Shown: positions 20,573 through 30,210 of the stretch, piece after piece
Numbering within the stretch: position 1 is the stretch's first letter
Layout of the letters: every line of letters begins with the position of its first letter
Assembly: GCA_963813075.1 (NCBI GenBank)
Contig: CAWEXU010000016.1
Coordinates: 33,610 to 97,609 of the forward strand
DNA: 64,000 bases
Direction: 5' to 3'
From: Methanotrichaceae archaeon
GTDB taxonomy: Archaea > Halobacteriota > Methanosarcinia > Methanotrichales > Methanotrichaceae
The notes under the pieces: model-generated
Database searches by the model: none
The model's input: only the letters and a program-made list of their open reading frames with translations
Told to the model about the DNA's origin: nothing
Made by a program: the position numbers and the translations under genes

Positions 20573-21876
20573 ATTCTTTGAACACTTTGAACATTCAAGA
20601 GATAAGGTCAGATTTTCCCATTCTAGACGATCTCATCTATCTGGATAGCGCTGCCACCAGCCTTACTCCTGAGCCCGTCCTGGACGCCGTCCTGAGCTAT
20701 TACCGGAGCTTCCGGGCCAATGTGGGCCGGGGGGTTTACCGCCAGGCTCAGATCGCCGACCAGAGATATAGAGACGCCCATCGCAAGGTGGCGGCATTTG
20801 TAGGGGGAGAGGATGGAACAGCTGTCTTCACCCGGAATGCTACCGAGTCGATCAACCTGGTTGCCCGCGGCCTGGACTGGAAGAGGGGGGACCGGATTGT
20901 GACCACATTGCTCGAGCACCACTCCAACCTCCTCCCCTGGATGAGGCTGAAGGAGGTGGGCATCGACCTTGTGGTCATAGTCCCGGATAGAATGGGGAGG
21001 ATCGATCTGGCTGACTTCGAGAGGGCCATAAACGAAAAGACCAGGATGGTCGCCATGAGCCACCTATCCAATGCCCTGGGCACCATTCAGCCTGCCAGAG
21101 AGGTCGGCAGGATCTGCCGGGAGCAGGGGGCCCTCTTTCTGCTGGATGCCGCCCAATCCCTGCCCCATATGGCAGTGGATGTCAAGGACCTTGATTGTGA
21201 TTTTCTCTGCTTTTCCGGCCACAAGATGCTCGGGCCCACCGGTTCGGGAGTGCTCTGGATCAGAGGGCCGGAGAAGAGCAAAAGAAATGAGGAGCAAAGG
21301 AGGGCAAAGGGGCAGAGAATGAGCGGCCCTGCCAGCAAAAACCTGGACTTCAGGAAGAAGTCGGGCAAAATTGAGCTGGAGCCCCTGCTGGTGGGGGGAG
21401 GGATGGTAGAGGAGGTTCTTGATGACGGATTTACCATCAAGGAGGGCTACGAAGGCTACGAGGCGGGAACGCCGGACATCTCCGCCGGCATTGGCCTAGG
21501 CGCTGCAGTGGACTATCTTGTCCGGATAGGTATCGACAAAGTTCACGATCATGAGATGAGGCTCACCAGAAGGCTGCTGGAAGGGCTGGAGGACATAAAA
21601 GGCCTGCAGATCAACGGACCGGGGGCCGATAGCCCGGAGGCGCGGGGCGGAGTGGTCTCCTTTGGAATAGAGGGCCTTTTGCCCCATGAGATCGCCTTGA
21701 TGCTGGACCAGGCCTCCAACATCTGCATTCGCTCCGGGCACCATTGCTGTATCCCCCTGATGAGGCACCTGGGTCTGAAGAATGGCACTGCCAGAGCATC
21801 GCTGTATCTTTACAATACCGATGAGGAGATCGAAAAATTCCTGGGAACTATAGAGCAGATCGCCAGGATGGCTTAA
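20569..21876 (+). CDS. sufS: SufS-type cysteine desulfurase with a charged insertion
   Basis: 'YLDSAATS', 'EHHSNLLPW', 'FSGHKMLGPTG', 'EAGTP', 'RSGHHC'. Confidence 0.88.
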   Translation: MNSLNTLNIQEIRSDFPILDDLIYLDSAATSLTPEPVLDAVLSYYRSFRANVGRGVYRQAQIADQRYRDAHRKVAAFVGGEDGTAVFTRNATESINLVARGLDWKRGDRIVTTLLEHHSNLLPWMRLKEVGIDLVVIVPDRMGRIDLADFERAINEKTRMVAMSHLSNALGTIQPAREVGRICREQGALFLLDAAQSLPHMAVDVKDLDCDFLCFSGHKMLGPTGSGVLWIRGPEKSKRNEEQRRAKGQRMSGPASKNLDFRKKSGKIELEPLLVGGGMVEEVLDDGFTIKEGYEGYEAGTPDISAGIGLGAAVDYLVRIGIDKVHDHEMRLTRRLLEGLEDIKGLQINGPGADSPEARGGVVSFGIEGLLPHEIALMLDQASNICIRSGHHCCIPLMRHLGLKNGTARASLYLYNTDEEIEKFLGTIEQIARMA

Positions 21877-21877
21877 G

Positions 21878-22634
21878 ATGATAAAGGACTTTGAGTGCCT
21901 GAGGGTGGACGATGACGAGGCCTGCAAGGCCAGCTGCCCGGTGGCAGAAGAGGTTCCCCTGTCGATTTTCATCAACGGCCGGCATTTCGCCACTGCCATG
22001 ATCAGCCCCCAGTTGAAAAGGGAGTTCGTGGCCGGGCACCTTTATTCCGAGAGGATCGTCTCCTCGGTCCAGGAGATCGAATCTATTGAGGTGGAGGGGG
22101 ATGTGGTTCGGGTGATAGTCGCCAATCCCATCCGGGCGATAGTGCCAAGGAGGCCCATTGTGAGCGGCTGCGGGGGTATAGCCTCATTTCTGGATGAGTC
22201 AAAGCTCCCCCGGATAAAGTCCGATCTGAGGATCAATAAAGATCAGGCTCAGGAGGCGATGAAGGCCATATCCCTCTCCCAGACGCACATCGCAACCGGC
22301 GGGGTGCACTCCGTGGGCCTATTCGATCAATCCGGGCCGGTATCGATCATCGAGGATATAGGGAGGCACAATGCCCTGGACAAGGCTATAGGCAGCCTGA
22401 TTCTCAGAGAGGGGGGGGTTCGACCTGGGCCGGACGTTTGCCGCCTGCACCGGCCGGGTATCTTCCGACATGGCATTGAAGTGCTCTGTGGCCGGCATCC
22501 CCATAGTCGTCTCCCGCGGGGCGACGACGACTCTTGCCATAACCATTGCCCAGAGGACGGGGCTGGGCATCATCGGTTTTCTCCGGGGAAAGAGGCTGTC
22601 CGTCTATGCCAATCCGGAGAGGTTTCTGATTTGA
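21878..22634 (+). CDS. fdhD: FdhD sulfur-carrier protein; frameshift in the G8 run at 22411-22418
   Basis: 'SGCG', 'TGGVH', 'EDIGRHNALDKAIG'; shifted frame gives TGRVSSDMALKCSVAGIPIVVSRGATT...GFLRGKRLSVY ending at 22634. Confidence 0.85.
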
Positions 22635-22671
22635 GATTACTGGATGAGGTTGACTGCATGAGGTCGACTGA

Positions 22672-23576
22672 ATGATCTGCTCCCTGTGCCAGGAACGGGC
22701 CATAGTCTCCCAGCGCTACCTCGGCCGGCACCTCTGCCTGGATCATTTCATCCAGGATTTTGAGGAGCGAATGGCAAAGACAATCGTTGAATGAATCGGA
22801 TGATCGAGGAGGGGGAGAGGATCGCAGTGGCGGTGAGCGGGGGGAAGGACAGCACTGCGCTTCTATTCGCTCTGCACAAAATTCTCGCCGGGAGGGATGT
22901 GGAACTGGTGGCGGTGACGGTGGATGAGGGCATCGCCGGCTACCGGGATGATACCATCCTGGCCGCAGAGCGGATCGCCCGGCAGGTTGGGGTCGAGCAG
23001 GTGATCGTCTCCTTCCAGGAGGAGTACAGCCACAGTCTGGACGAGATGGTTGTCGGAAAGAAGGTTGCGCCCTGCACCTACTGCGGGGTCTTTCGCAAGA
23101 ACGCATTGAACTGCGCTGCCAAACGCCTGGGGGCGACAAAGCTGGCCACCGGGCACAACCAGGACGATGAGGCCCAGTCGGTGATGATGAACTACTTGAA
23201 GGGGGACATGGAGCGGCTGATGCGCTTTCGGCCCAGGAGAGAGCAGCCGGGCCTCGTGCCCAGGATCAAGCCCCTGCGAGATATTCCGGAGAAGGAGATC
23301 GCCCTTTACGCCATGGTCAACGGGATCTATTTCGAGTCCAGGGAGTGCCCCTATGCCCGGCTATCTTTGAGAGCGGATGTGCGGGATATGATGAACCGGA
23401 TGGAGAGCCTCTTTCCCGGAACCCGGCAGAGGACAATTCAGGGATTCGAGAGGATCGAGGAGCTGTGCAAAGAGGGCTGGGCGCAGATGGAGCTGGCAGA
23501 GTGTAGGGAGTGCGGCGAGCCGTGTGTGGGAGAGAGGTGCAAGGCCTGCGAGCTATTGGGGAGGCTGAGAGGATGA
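22672..23576 (+). CDS. TtuA/NcsA-type tRNA 2-thiolation protein (TIGR00269-like); frameshift near 22790
   Basis: N-terminal zinc finger MICSLC...HLCLDHF from ATG 22672, then 'AVSGGKDS', 'CTYCGVFR', 'TGHNQDD', 'PRIKPL', C-terminal CxxC..CxxC. Confidence 0.85.
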
Positions 23577-23799
23577 TGGATCTGGGCGCATGTATCTCGC
23601 GGGATAAGAATGAGAAATGCTTGGGAAGAATAACTCCACGTATATCCCGAAGAAGGGCCAGAGGATCATCACAGATGTGCCACCTCCTCGCCTAGAACCT
23701 TCTGACCGGCCAGGGTGGATATTAGAGGCTCTTCGCCAAATTGTGTGGGTAACGTACTGCATAAATTTCCCTTGGGCCTTGGTGATGAGGCTTGGCCAT

Positions 23800-24020
23800 T
23801 GAGACTTCAACCGCCCCAGAACATTAACCTCTGTGGTGCACACTATCTCCTCCTCTGCCACGATCTCGGCGACCTTTCTGAGGGCCGCACGATTGCTGCG
23901 CAGAGCGTCGATCAGGATGGTGGTGCCAAGCACCAGCACCACAGGTGTCCCTCATACCGGAATGGTGCATCCCTCTTGATGCCGTCTCGACCCGGTCCGC
24001 CAGGGCATCATACCTGCCGA
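23800..24020 (-). pseudogene. Remnant of a PIN-domain (VapC) toxin with a possible antitoxin C-terminus upstream
   Basis: 'VLVLGTTILIDALR...VCTTEVNVL' matches a PIN N-terminus with the first catalytic Asp changed to Gly; similarity then stops. Confidence 0.55.
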
Positions 24021-24115
24021 TCTCCTATAATATCGAAAGAACTCTGTCCAGGAACTATGCAGTCTATTGGGAAATATCCTTATGCTTGAAAGTTCATAAG
24101 AACAAACGATCATTC

Positions 24116-24307
24116 ATGGAAAAGCTTCACTTGCCAATTCTGGTCGAGATCGACGAAGATGGCTTATACATAGTAAGCTGCCCGCTCTTTAGAGGATGCC
24201 ACACCTGGGGCGAGAGCATAGATGAAGCCATGGAAAAAATGTCCGAGGTCATCCTGATGTGTCTGGAAGAGAAAAAAATCGAGAACCTCAATACCTTTAT
24301 CGGTTAG
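24116..24307 (+). CDS. HicB-family antitoxin, possibly slightly truncated
   Basis: MEKLHLPILVEIDEDGLYIVSCPLFRGCHTWGESIDEAMEKMSEVILMCLEE. Confidence 0.75.
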   Translation: MEKLHLPILVEIDEDGLYIVSCPLFRGCHTWGESIDEAMEKMSEVILMCLEEKKIENLNTFIG

Positions 24308-24329
24308 AGAGAGCTGAAAGCCGTTTATA

Positions 24330-24380
24330 ATGCAGAAGCTACCTGCGATTGATTCCCAAGATCTTTTGAGATTGCATTCT
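24330..24380 (+). pseudogene. 5' stub of a HicA-type toxin
   Basis: ATG 24330 gives MQKLPAIDSQDLLRL, a HicA-like start right after hicB; no GSH motif follows. Confidence 0.45.
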
Positions 24381-24493
24381 AGGCGTGATACGATCTCAAA
24401 TTTGTCAAGATTTTTGTTAAATCCATATATTTATTTGGCGACTCCTTAACCCTAAAGTTAGGGGTAAACAGTATCTAACTACCTTAGAAGGCA

Positions 24494-25550
24494 TTAACTG
24501 TTCTTGCGTTCTTTGAAGCTCCCAGAAATTACATTCATCAATGGTGTTCCGGACAAATGGTGTGATAAATCTAACCCAATGTCGTAAGCTTTGAAATACA
24601 TTGAATGCTGTATTAATGGATGCTTTTTCCGATGCGCATACAAATGGCGAAACAATATTGTAGTTGCCTGTTGAATGATAATTGGTGCACCCACACGGGT
24701 TCATGCAGTAATCTTTTAGGCCACAGACCTGGCACTCCTTATTTATGGCCACGTTGGAAATCTCATTGCATATTTTTCCGGAAAAAAATCCATTATCCAA
24801 ATTTCCGAGACAATGTTCATTCTCTTCATCCGCCCCAATAGAGCCTCTCACAAGGATATATATTGCCAGAGGGCCCAAATGCGAATTCGCCTTTTCCCAT
24901 CCTACAGTGGCTCGGATTCAAAAGGTTTATAACTCGCAAGATTGCCCCTATCTTTCCATCGATTAAACTGATGTATCTCGGTTCACAATTAAGGTAAAAA
25001 TTTGTGTATTTTTGTCCAATAGCATCGTAGATTGTGGGGAGCAACTCTATATCCTTTTTCTTCCAATTGGCAGAGATGTTGGGACTTAGATAGAGATTCC
25101 GAACGCCCAATGATGTCAGATAGTCCCCTACCTCGGGCAAGAATTGCAGATTTTCAGGTGAGTAGCTGCCGTTATAGGCGTCAATGGAAACGAGACGCAC
25201 TACCTGCTTTATATTCTTCCGACTTTGACGACCTCGCGGTGCCATCCGGAAAATGCCTAAAGGCGTCTTGAACTGTCTGGGGCCATCACAGCTTGTACAC
25301 AATACGATTTCATTTTCAATTAGGAAGTCAGATATTTCTTTGGAAAGATGGTCCCATTTGTTACGGCTGATATTCCTACCCGATCTCTATTAAAGGGATG
25401 AACGTATATCATATTAGTTATTTTTTTGATTAGCTCGAACTCGAGAAGGGGCTCGCCACCAAAGAAATTTATATCGATCTTACGGAAATTATAGGAATTT
25501 TTAAAGATAAAATTTATGGCTTTGCTTGCTGTTTGTATAGACATTAACAA
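24494..25550 (-). pseudogene. Fragmented radical SAM/SPASM enzyme (AT-rich)
   Basis: Pieces in several frames: 'NFFGGEPLL', 'AVTNGT', 'CRMGKGEFAFGPSGNIYPCERL', 'CQVCGLKDYCMNPCGCTN'; no CxxxCxxC N-terminus found. Confidence 0.75.
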
Positions 25551-25880
25551 AACTCAACAAGAGTGCCAGGAAACTTTAATGATGGCCATAGGATACTGGA
25601 TTGCATTCAGTCTGCGATTCGATTTGCCCATCCCGGTTATTGAAGGCCAAACCATAAGAGCACCAGTCGAGGCATAAAGCAGGTCAAAGCTAGCAAAGAG
25701 AGTTTCGTTTCAGAATTCTTTTCACACTGCCTTTCTTTTACAATCCTAACTCCCGCGCAGTTATGCTTTTACTATTTGCATAACCTTTGAAGGGAAATAT
25801 CTTGAGGCAGCTCCAACAAAAATATGAACGTGATCACCATCAGCTCTTGTAGCATTAAAATAAATATGGCTTGCGTTTGC

Positions 25881-26783
25881 TCAAACTTTCACCCGCAGCA
25901 TCCTCTCGATCGCCTTTTTCGCTGGCACAGCGATCTCCTCAGGCACAGTGACCCGCGGCTCCAGCGTCTCGAGCGCCCGGAGGACATCGGGAAGGGTGGT
26001 CTTTTTCATATTCTGGCAGATGGCCTCCTCGCTCAGAGGATAAAACTCCCTGTCCGGATGGGCCTTCTTCAGCCGGTAGATCATGCCCACTTCGGTGCCG
26101 ATGATGAACTCCCGCGCCCGGCTGGTATTGGGATGCTTGCACATGCCCGCAGTGCTGTAGACGAAATCGGCCAGATCGAGCACCTCCGGCCGGCACTCCG
26201 GATGTGCCAGAACCTCCGCCTGGGGATGCAACTCCCTTGCCATCTTCACCATCTCCGGGGTGAAATGGTCATGAACATAACAGTAGCCGTTCCAGGGGAT
26301 GATCTTCTTTTTCGTATGGCGGGCCACATAGGCCGCCAGGTTCCTGTCCGGCACAAATATGACCTCGTCTTCAGATAGCGATTCTACCACCTGCACCCCA
26401 TTGGCTGAGGTGCAGCAGATGTCGCTTTTTGCCTTGATCTCGGCGGTGGAGTTCACATAGCATACCACCGCTGCGCGAGGATAGAGAGCCTTCAATTCAT
26501 CCAGCTGCTGGGGAGTGATCATATGAGCCATGGGGCAATAGGCTCCTTTCACCGGCAGGACCACCCTCTTTTGCGGGGACAATATCGCGGCCGTCTCCGC
26601 CATGAAGTCCACCCCGCAGAAGACTATAACCTCGGAGTCCAGAGCTGCTGCTGCCCGGGAGAGCTCCAGGGAGTCGCCCGCCAGGTCCGCTATATCCTGA
26701 ACCGCCGGTATCTGATAATTGTGGGCCAGAATCGTCGCCCGGCGTTCTTTCTTCAAAGCCTGAATCTCTTCTATCATAGCCAT
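25881..26783 (-). CDS. nadA: Quinolinate synthase
   Basis: 'ILAHNYQ', 'FCGVDFMAETA', 'YVNST', 'CTSAN', 'AHPEC', 'CQNMK'. Confidence 0.95.
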   Translation of the reverse strand: MAMIEEIQALKKERRATILAHNYQIPAVQDIADLAGDSLELSRAAAALDSEVIVFCGVDFMAETAAILSPQKRVVLPVKGAYCPMAHMITPQQLDELKALYPRAAVVCYVNSTAEIKAKSDICCTSANGVQVVESLSEDEVIFVPDRNLAAYVARHTKKKIIPWNGYCYVHDHFTPEMVKMARELHPQAEVLAHPECRPEVLDLADFVYSTAGMCKHPNTSRAREFIIGTEVGMIYRLKKAHPDREFYPLSEEAICQNMKKTTLPDVLRALETLEPRVTVPEEIAVPAKKAIERMLRVKV

Positions 26784-26923
26784 CGAGAACAGTCCCTGGG
26801 AATGGGAAACTATTATTTCAATCTATTTAGATAGATTCACTGAATACTATTAGCTCAATTAAACTGTAATTGATCCTGATCGGATATCATTTCACTTATC
26901 ACTTATCGAATACCATTGGAATA

Positions 26924-27202
26924 TCATCCGCCGATGGCAGCAGTGAACAGAGCCAGCTCATCCCCCTCCTTCAGCGGGGTCTGGAGCGACTGCAGGCTGT
27001 CGATGTTCTTTCCCGAAAGGAAGATGTTCACGTCCTCCCGCAGCTTTCCTTCCTTGAACAGGAGCGGCTCTAACGGGGCGTGATCACGGCATAACATCCT
27101 CAGAAGATCCACAACCATTGCCCCCTCTCCCGGCAGATCGATCTCTCTTTCCTTTCCCAGAATATCTCGAAATCCGGCAAACGACCTGATCTTAACCTTC
27201 AT
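26924..27202 (-). CDS. Ubiquitin-like sulfur carrier (MoaD/SAMP family)
   Basis: Beta-grasp pattern 'VKIRSFAGFRDILG...LKEGDELALFTAAIGG' with C-terminal GG. Confidence 0.88.
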   Translation of the reverse strand: MKVKIRSFAGFRDILGKEREIDLPGEGAMVVDLLRMLCRDHAPLEPLLFKEGKLREDVNIFLSGKNIDSLQSLQTPLKEGDELALFTAAIGG

Positions 27203-27289
27203 CCACTGCCCTCAACTTTCGCCTTATCTTCCATCCTCGTCTTCTGCCTTCGTTTTCTTCCTCACCTGCGAGCTTCATTGGCTCTCAGT

Positions 27290-27961
27290 TTATCGCTTTT
27301 CCGCCATCTCAATAGCTATCTCCTTTGCCCTCTCCAGGGCCCGGATGGCGTCCTCCATCTTGAAGTCCCGCCGGTGGGAAGCCAGGAATTCGCGAAACCT
27401 CTCGATTTCTTCTTCAGGCACAAAGCCCCGTGCCTTCTCCATCATCCTCTCATAGCTCCTCTCCGGGAAATAAAGGGACTGAGCGCAGCGAAGTAGTCGG
27501 TCTTTGCTGGAAGTGCTGATCACTCCCTTCTGCCAGGCCTCTTCCAGATTGAAGCGGATGTTCACCAGGGGCTCAGAGCACGGCTCGTAGGTGAAAGGAT
27601 CAAATGTCAGCGCCACCTCGTCGTCCGAGACCAGTCGCCCGCTCTTGTAGGCCTGGTAGATGAGCCCTACTCCCTCCATGCCGTAAACATCCAATTCCGA
27701 GGCCCGCAGGGCTCCCATGCTCGACGCCCCCAGGACCCTCGCTCCCGCGTCCAGGGCGTATATGACCTCTTTATGCGCCACAGAGGAGTGCTGGAAGAAA
27801 ACCCCGTCGATGAGAAGAATGATCTGCGCTCCCTCCTGGGCCGCCCGGTAAATGTCGCCCCGCTGGGCAGGAGGCCGCCAGTCCGCCTGCAGACCCTGCA
27901 GAATCTCCTCTGCCCTAGCTTGAGAGAGGCTTGGCCCCAGGAAGACGACGACTTCTGGCAT
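27290..27961 (-). CDS. tfuA: TfuA, partner of YcaO in McrA thioglycine formation
   Basis: 'VVFLGPSL', 'PPAQRGD', 'LIDGVF', 'GASSMGALRASEL', 'DDEVAL'. Confidence 0.93.
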   Translation of the reverse strand: MPEVVVFLGPSLSQARAEEILQGLQADWRPPAQRGDIYRAAQEGAQIILLIDGVFFQHSSVAHKEVIYALDAGARVLGASSMGALRASELDVYGMEGVGLIYQAYKSGRLVSDDEVALTFDPFTYEPCSEPLVNIRFNLEEAWQKGVISTSSKDRLLRCAQSLYFPERSYERMMEKARGFVPEEEIERFREFLASHRRDFKMEDAIRALERAKEIAIEMAEKR

Positions 27962-29135
27962 TCCTTATCCTCTTGCCCACCCTTTCCGGGTCCACTCCAG
28001 CTATCTCCAGACCGGGCACGATCACCCTCACCACTGGAACGCCGATCTCCTCTCGGGTTAAGTCGACCACCACCGCCCGCTCCAGGCCCGCCTCCTCCAG
28101 CTTGCTGATCATGAACCGGATATCCAAAAGGAAGTCATCGCTCTCAAAAGACTGAATCTGGGCAAAGCTCTTCTCCTCCCCGACATCAAACCAATAACGG
28201 TTGAGCCTCTTGGTCCGTTCATACCCGATCTGCCGGCGGAAATCGGCGGTGACTGTATCCTCCCTCGCTCCATGTATCTGGGTGAGCCGGCTCTGGGCCA
28301 CCTCAGTCAGGGCGCGCAGCACCGCCACCCGCGCGCTGGTGTGGGTGCCCATCCCGGTGGTGAGAAGAGTGGGATCGCGCAGCTTTACATCATCGGCAGC
28401 AGCCGCACAGGTGGGGACGCCGATATCGCTGGTGATATCCCGCAGGTAGACATCCACCTCCGCGGCGGCAAACCTCTCCATCAGGCTCTGTGCCTGGCCG
28501 TCAACAACATCGGTTATCAGCGGCCCCATACGCCTCGTCGCCTCCACTATTGCCCAGGCGTCCCTCTCGATCACCTCAGCCAGGCCGTGGAATATCGCCT
28601 CTTCCATCATATTTCCTGAGGCGAGACCGCTGGTGTTGGTCCGAAAGAGCCTTTTGTAGTCGGAGGACAGAGGATGAAATACCGCATTGGCCGGGACCCA
28701 TATCTCTTCGTCGTTCATCATGTCCCAGCCCGGAACCCAGGGGACCATATCGTCTGCATCCGCAACCGCCTGTGCGGGGAGTATCAGATCGACCGGGTTG
28801 AGAGCCTCCGCCTTCAGGCTGGAATAGCGAGCAATTGTCAGCTCCCGGTCCCGCACCTCTCCGGAGTAGCGCTCCAGCCCCTCCATCATCGCCGAGACCC
28901 TGGCCTCGACGGGAGTTGCCCCTTTGCCATTATAGACGGAGACCGCCCCCCGATCGGCCATCGGCCGGATGGAGGAGAATACCGGTATGCCGATCCGGTC
29001 CAGGTTGGTTATATCGGCCACTCTGGTGATCCCGGCAGCGGGCAGCTTGGCCTCGATTCGCTCCTCAGTCTCCTCCGGAGATATCGCCCGGTGAGTGTCC
29101 TCCTTGTATCTCTTTATGCAGGGCCCTAGCTTCAT
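27915..29135 (-). CDS. ycaO: YcaO-type McrA-glycine thioamidation enzyme (methanogenesis marker 1)
   Basis: '[17 protein letters not shown]', 'GKG', 'SAMMEGLER', 'TSGLASGN', 'EVIERDA', 'QIHGARED', 'VRVIVPGLE'. Confidence 0.93.
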   Translation of the reverse strand: MKLGPCIKRYKEDTHRAISPEETEERIEAKLPAAGITRVADITNLDRIGIPVFSSIRPMADRGAVSVYNGKGATPVEARVSAMMEGLERYSGEVRDRELTIARYSSLKAEALNPVDLILPAQAVADADDMVPWVPGWDMMNDEEIWVPANAVFHPLSSDYKRLFRTNTSGLASGNMMEEAIFHGLAEVIERDAWAIVEATRRMGPLITDVVDGQAQSLMERFAAAEVDVYLRDITSDIGVPTCAAAADDVKLRDPTLLTTGMGTHTSARVAVLRALTEVAQSRLTQIHGAREDTVTADFRRQIGYERTKRLNRYWFDVGEEKSFAQIQSFESDDFLLDIRFMISKLEEAGLERAVVVDLTREEIGVPVVRVIVPGLEIAGVDPERVGKRIRNARSRRLPGAKPLSS

Positions 29136-29197
29136 CGCCAGATCTTGGGGGGCGATGGAATATAAACCCTGTTCAAGAGCACTGATCAAGGTCGCTT

Positions 29198-29638
29198 TCA
29201 GGAGCTCGGCGGGGCCTCGGGCATAAGGAAAGGAAGCCGGTCTCTCATTCGATAGGCCAGGGCCTGGCAGGTGGCAACCAGCCGCCCGTCCTCTCCCGTC
29301 ACCTTGATCTCGCAGGATGATATCTTCCGGGATCGATTCGTCTCCCGCCCCTCCGCCCGCAAAGTCTCCCCGGACCGGGCAGGGGACAGATAATTTACAT
29401 TCACCCCCAGTGCCACCGCCACTGTGCCGTGGGAGTTGACGGTCAGTTCAAATGCGGCATCAAGTAGGGAATAGATTGCTGCCCCATGGATCGTCCCGAA
29501 GAGGTTGTTCATCATCTCGCTCGTCTTCAGATTCAGGATAGCGTGCCCCGCCTCCAGCTCCTCGATCTCTATTCCGAACATCCGGGCATAGGGCTCACGG
29601 GCAAACTCCTCTTTTAGAGACTTTATGCATTGGTCCAT
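29198..29638 (-). CDS. PaaI-family hotdog thioesterase
   Basis: 'NNLFGTIHGAAIYSLLDAAF', 'NYLSPA'. Confidence 0.85.
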   Translation of the reverse strand: MDQCIKSLKEEFAREPYARMFGIEIEELEAGHAILNLKTSEMMNNLFGTIHGAAIYSLLDAAFELTVNSHGTVAVALGVNVNYLSPARSGETLRAEGRETNRSRKISSCEIKVTGEDGRLVATCQALAYRMRDRLPFLMPEAPPSS

Positions 29639-29706
29639 GGAAATCTCTCCTCTCCCGGGACTATTTCTCGAAACGGTTATATCTGCTCCGCCAGGATCTA
29701 GACCTA

Positions 29707-30210
29707 ATGCCCTCCTCTCAAGGCCCAAGGCCTGAACCGGTCTCCATAGAGATCAGCGGATCTTCCGTATCCATCCTGCTCACCCAGGGCACCATCAACA
29801 TCTGGTTTGGCAAAAAGTTTGATAAGTTGCTCCTGTCCAGGATTCTGCTTATAATCTCCAAGGTTGACTCGACCACTGAGCATGAAAAGGAGGTCTTGTG
29901 CCCCTTTGAGGAGATCAGCGAGTTTGAGAGCAACGGCTATATTCTGACCTCATACGCCCGCAAAAAAGACCGGTACCGGGCGATATTTGTGGTCCCATTC
30001 TCCAACAGCAGGGCGCTGGAGATGTTCATGGAATCCATATCTCTGGAGACGGAGAAGGAGGATGTGAAGATCACCCTTTACTGGAGAGGGGGCAGGGTCA
30101 GGATGAATATCATGAAAGAGGAGCTGAGCACACTTGGCTGCTTCAGCATTCTCAATGTGGTCTACCGGGATGATCAAACGGTAGAGCAAATTCGGAGGGA
30201 GAAGCCATGA
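29707..30210 (+). CDS. Hypothetical protein
   Basis: 167-aa ORF whose stop overlaps the aminotransferase ATG (ATGA). Confidence 0.6.
   Translation: MPSSQGPRPEPVSIEISGSSVSILLTQGTINIWFGKKFDKLLLSRILLIISKVDSTTEHEKEVLCPFEEISEFESNGYILTSYARKKDRYRAIFVVPFSNSRALEMFMESISLETEKEDVKITLYWRGGRVRMNIMKEELSTLGCFSILNVVYRDDQTVEQIRREKP

Noticed and set aside
21268..21375. SufS insertion as an intein or intron
   Set aside because: Too short, in frame, and lacks Cys/Ser start and His-Asn end motifs
24305..24307. In-frame TAG near the end of hicB as possible pyrrolysine readthrough
   Set aside because: It lies in a decayed region, no pyl genes are in the window, and a nonsense mutation is simpler
24440..24500. GTTRRRY/RYYYAAC-like motifs suggesting an integron attC site
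   Set aside because: Spacing and orientation do not give a convincing attC, and there is no integrase or second site
26924..29135. YcaO-TfuA as a thioamitide RiPP cluster
   Set aside because: The sequence matches the methanogen McrA-modifying type and no precursor peptide is evident
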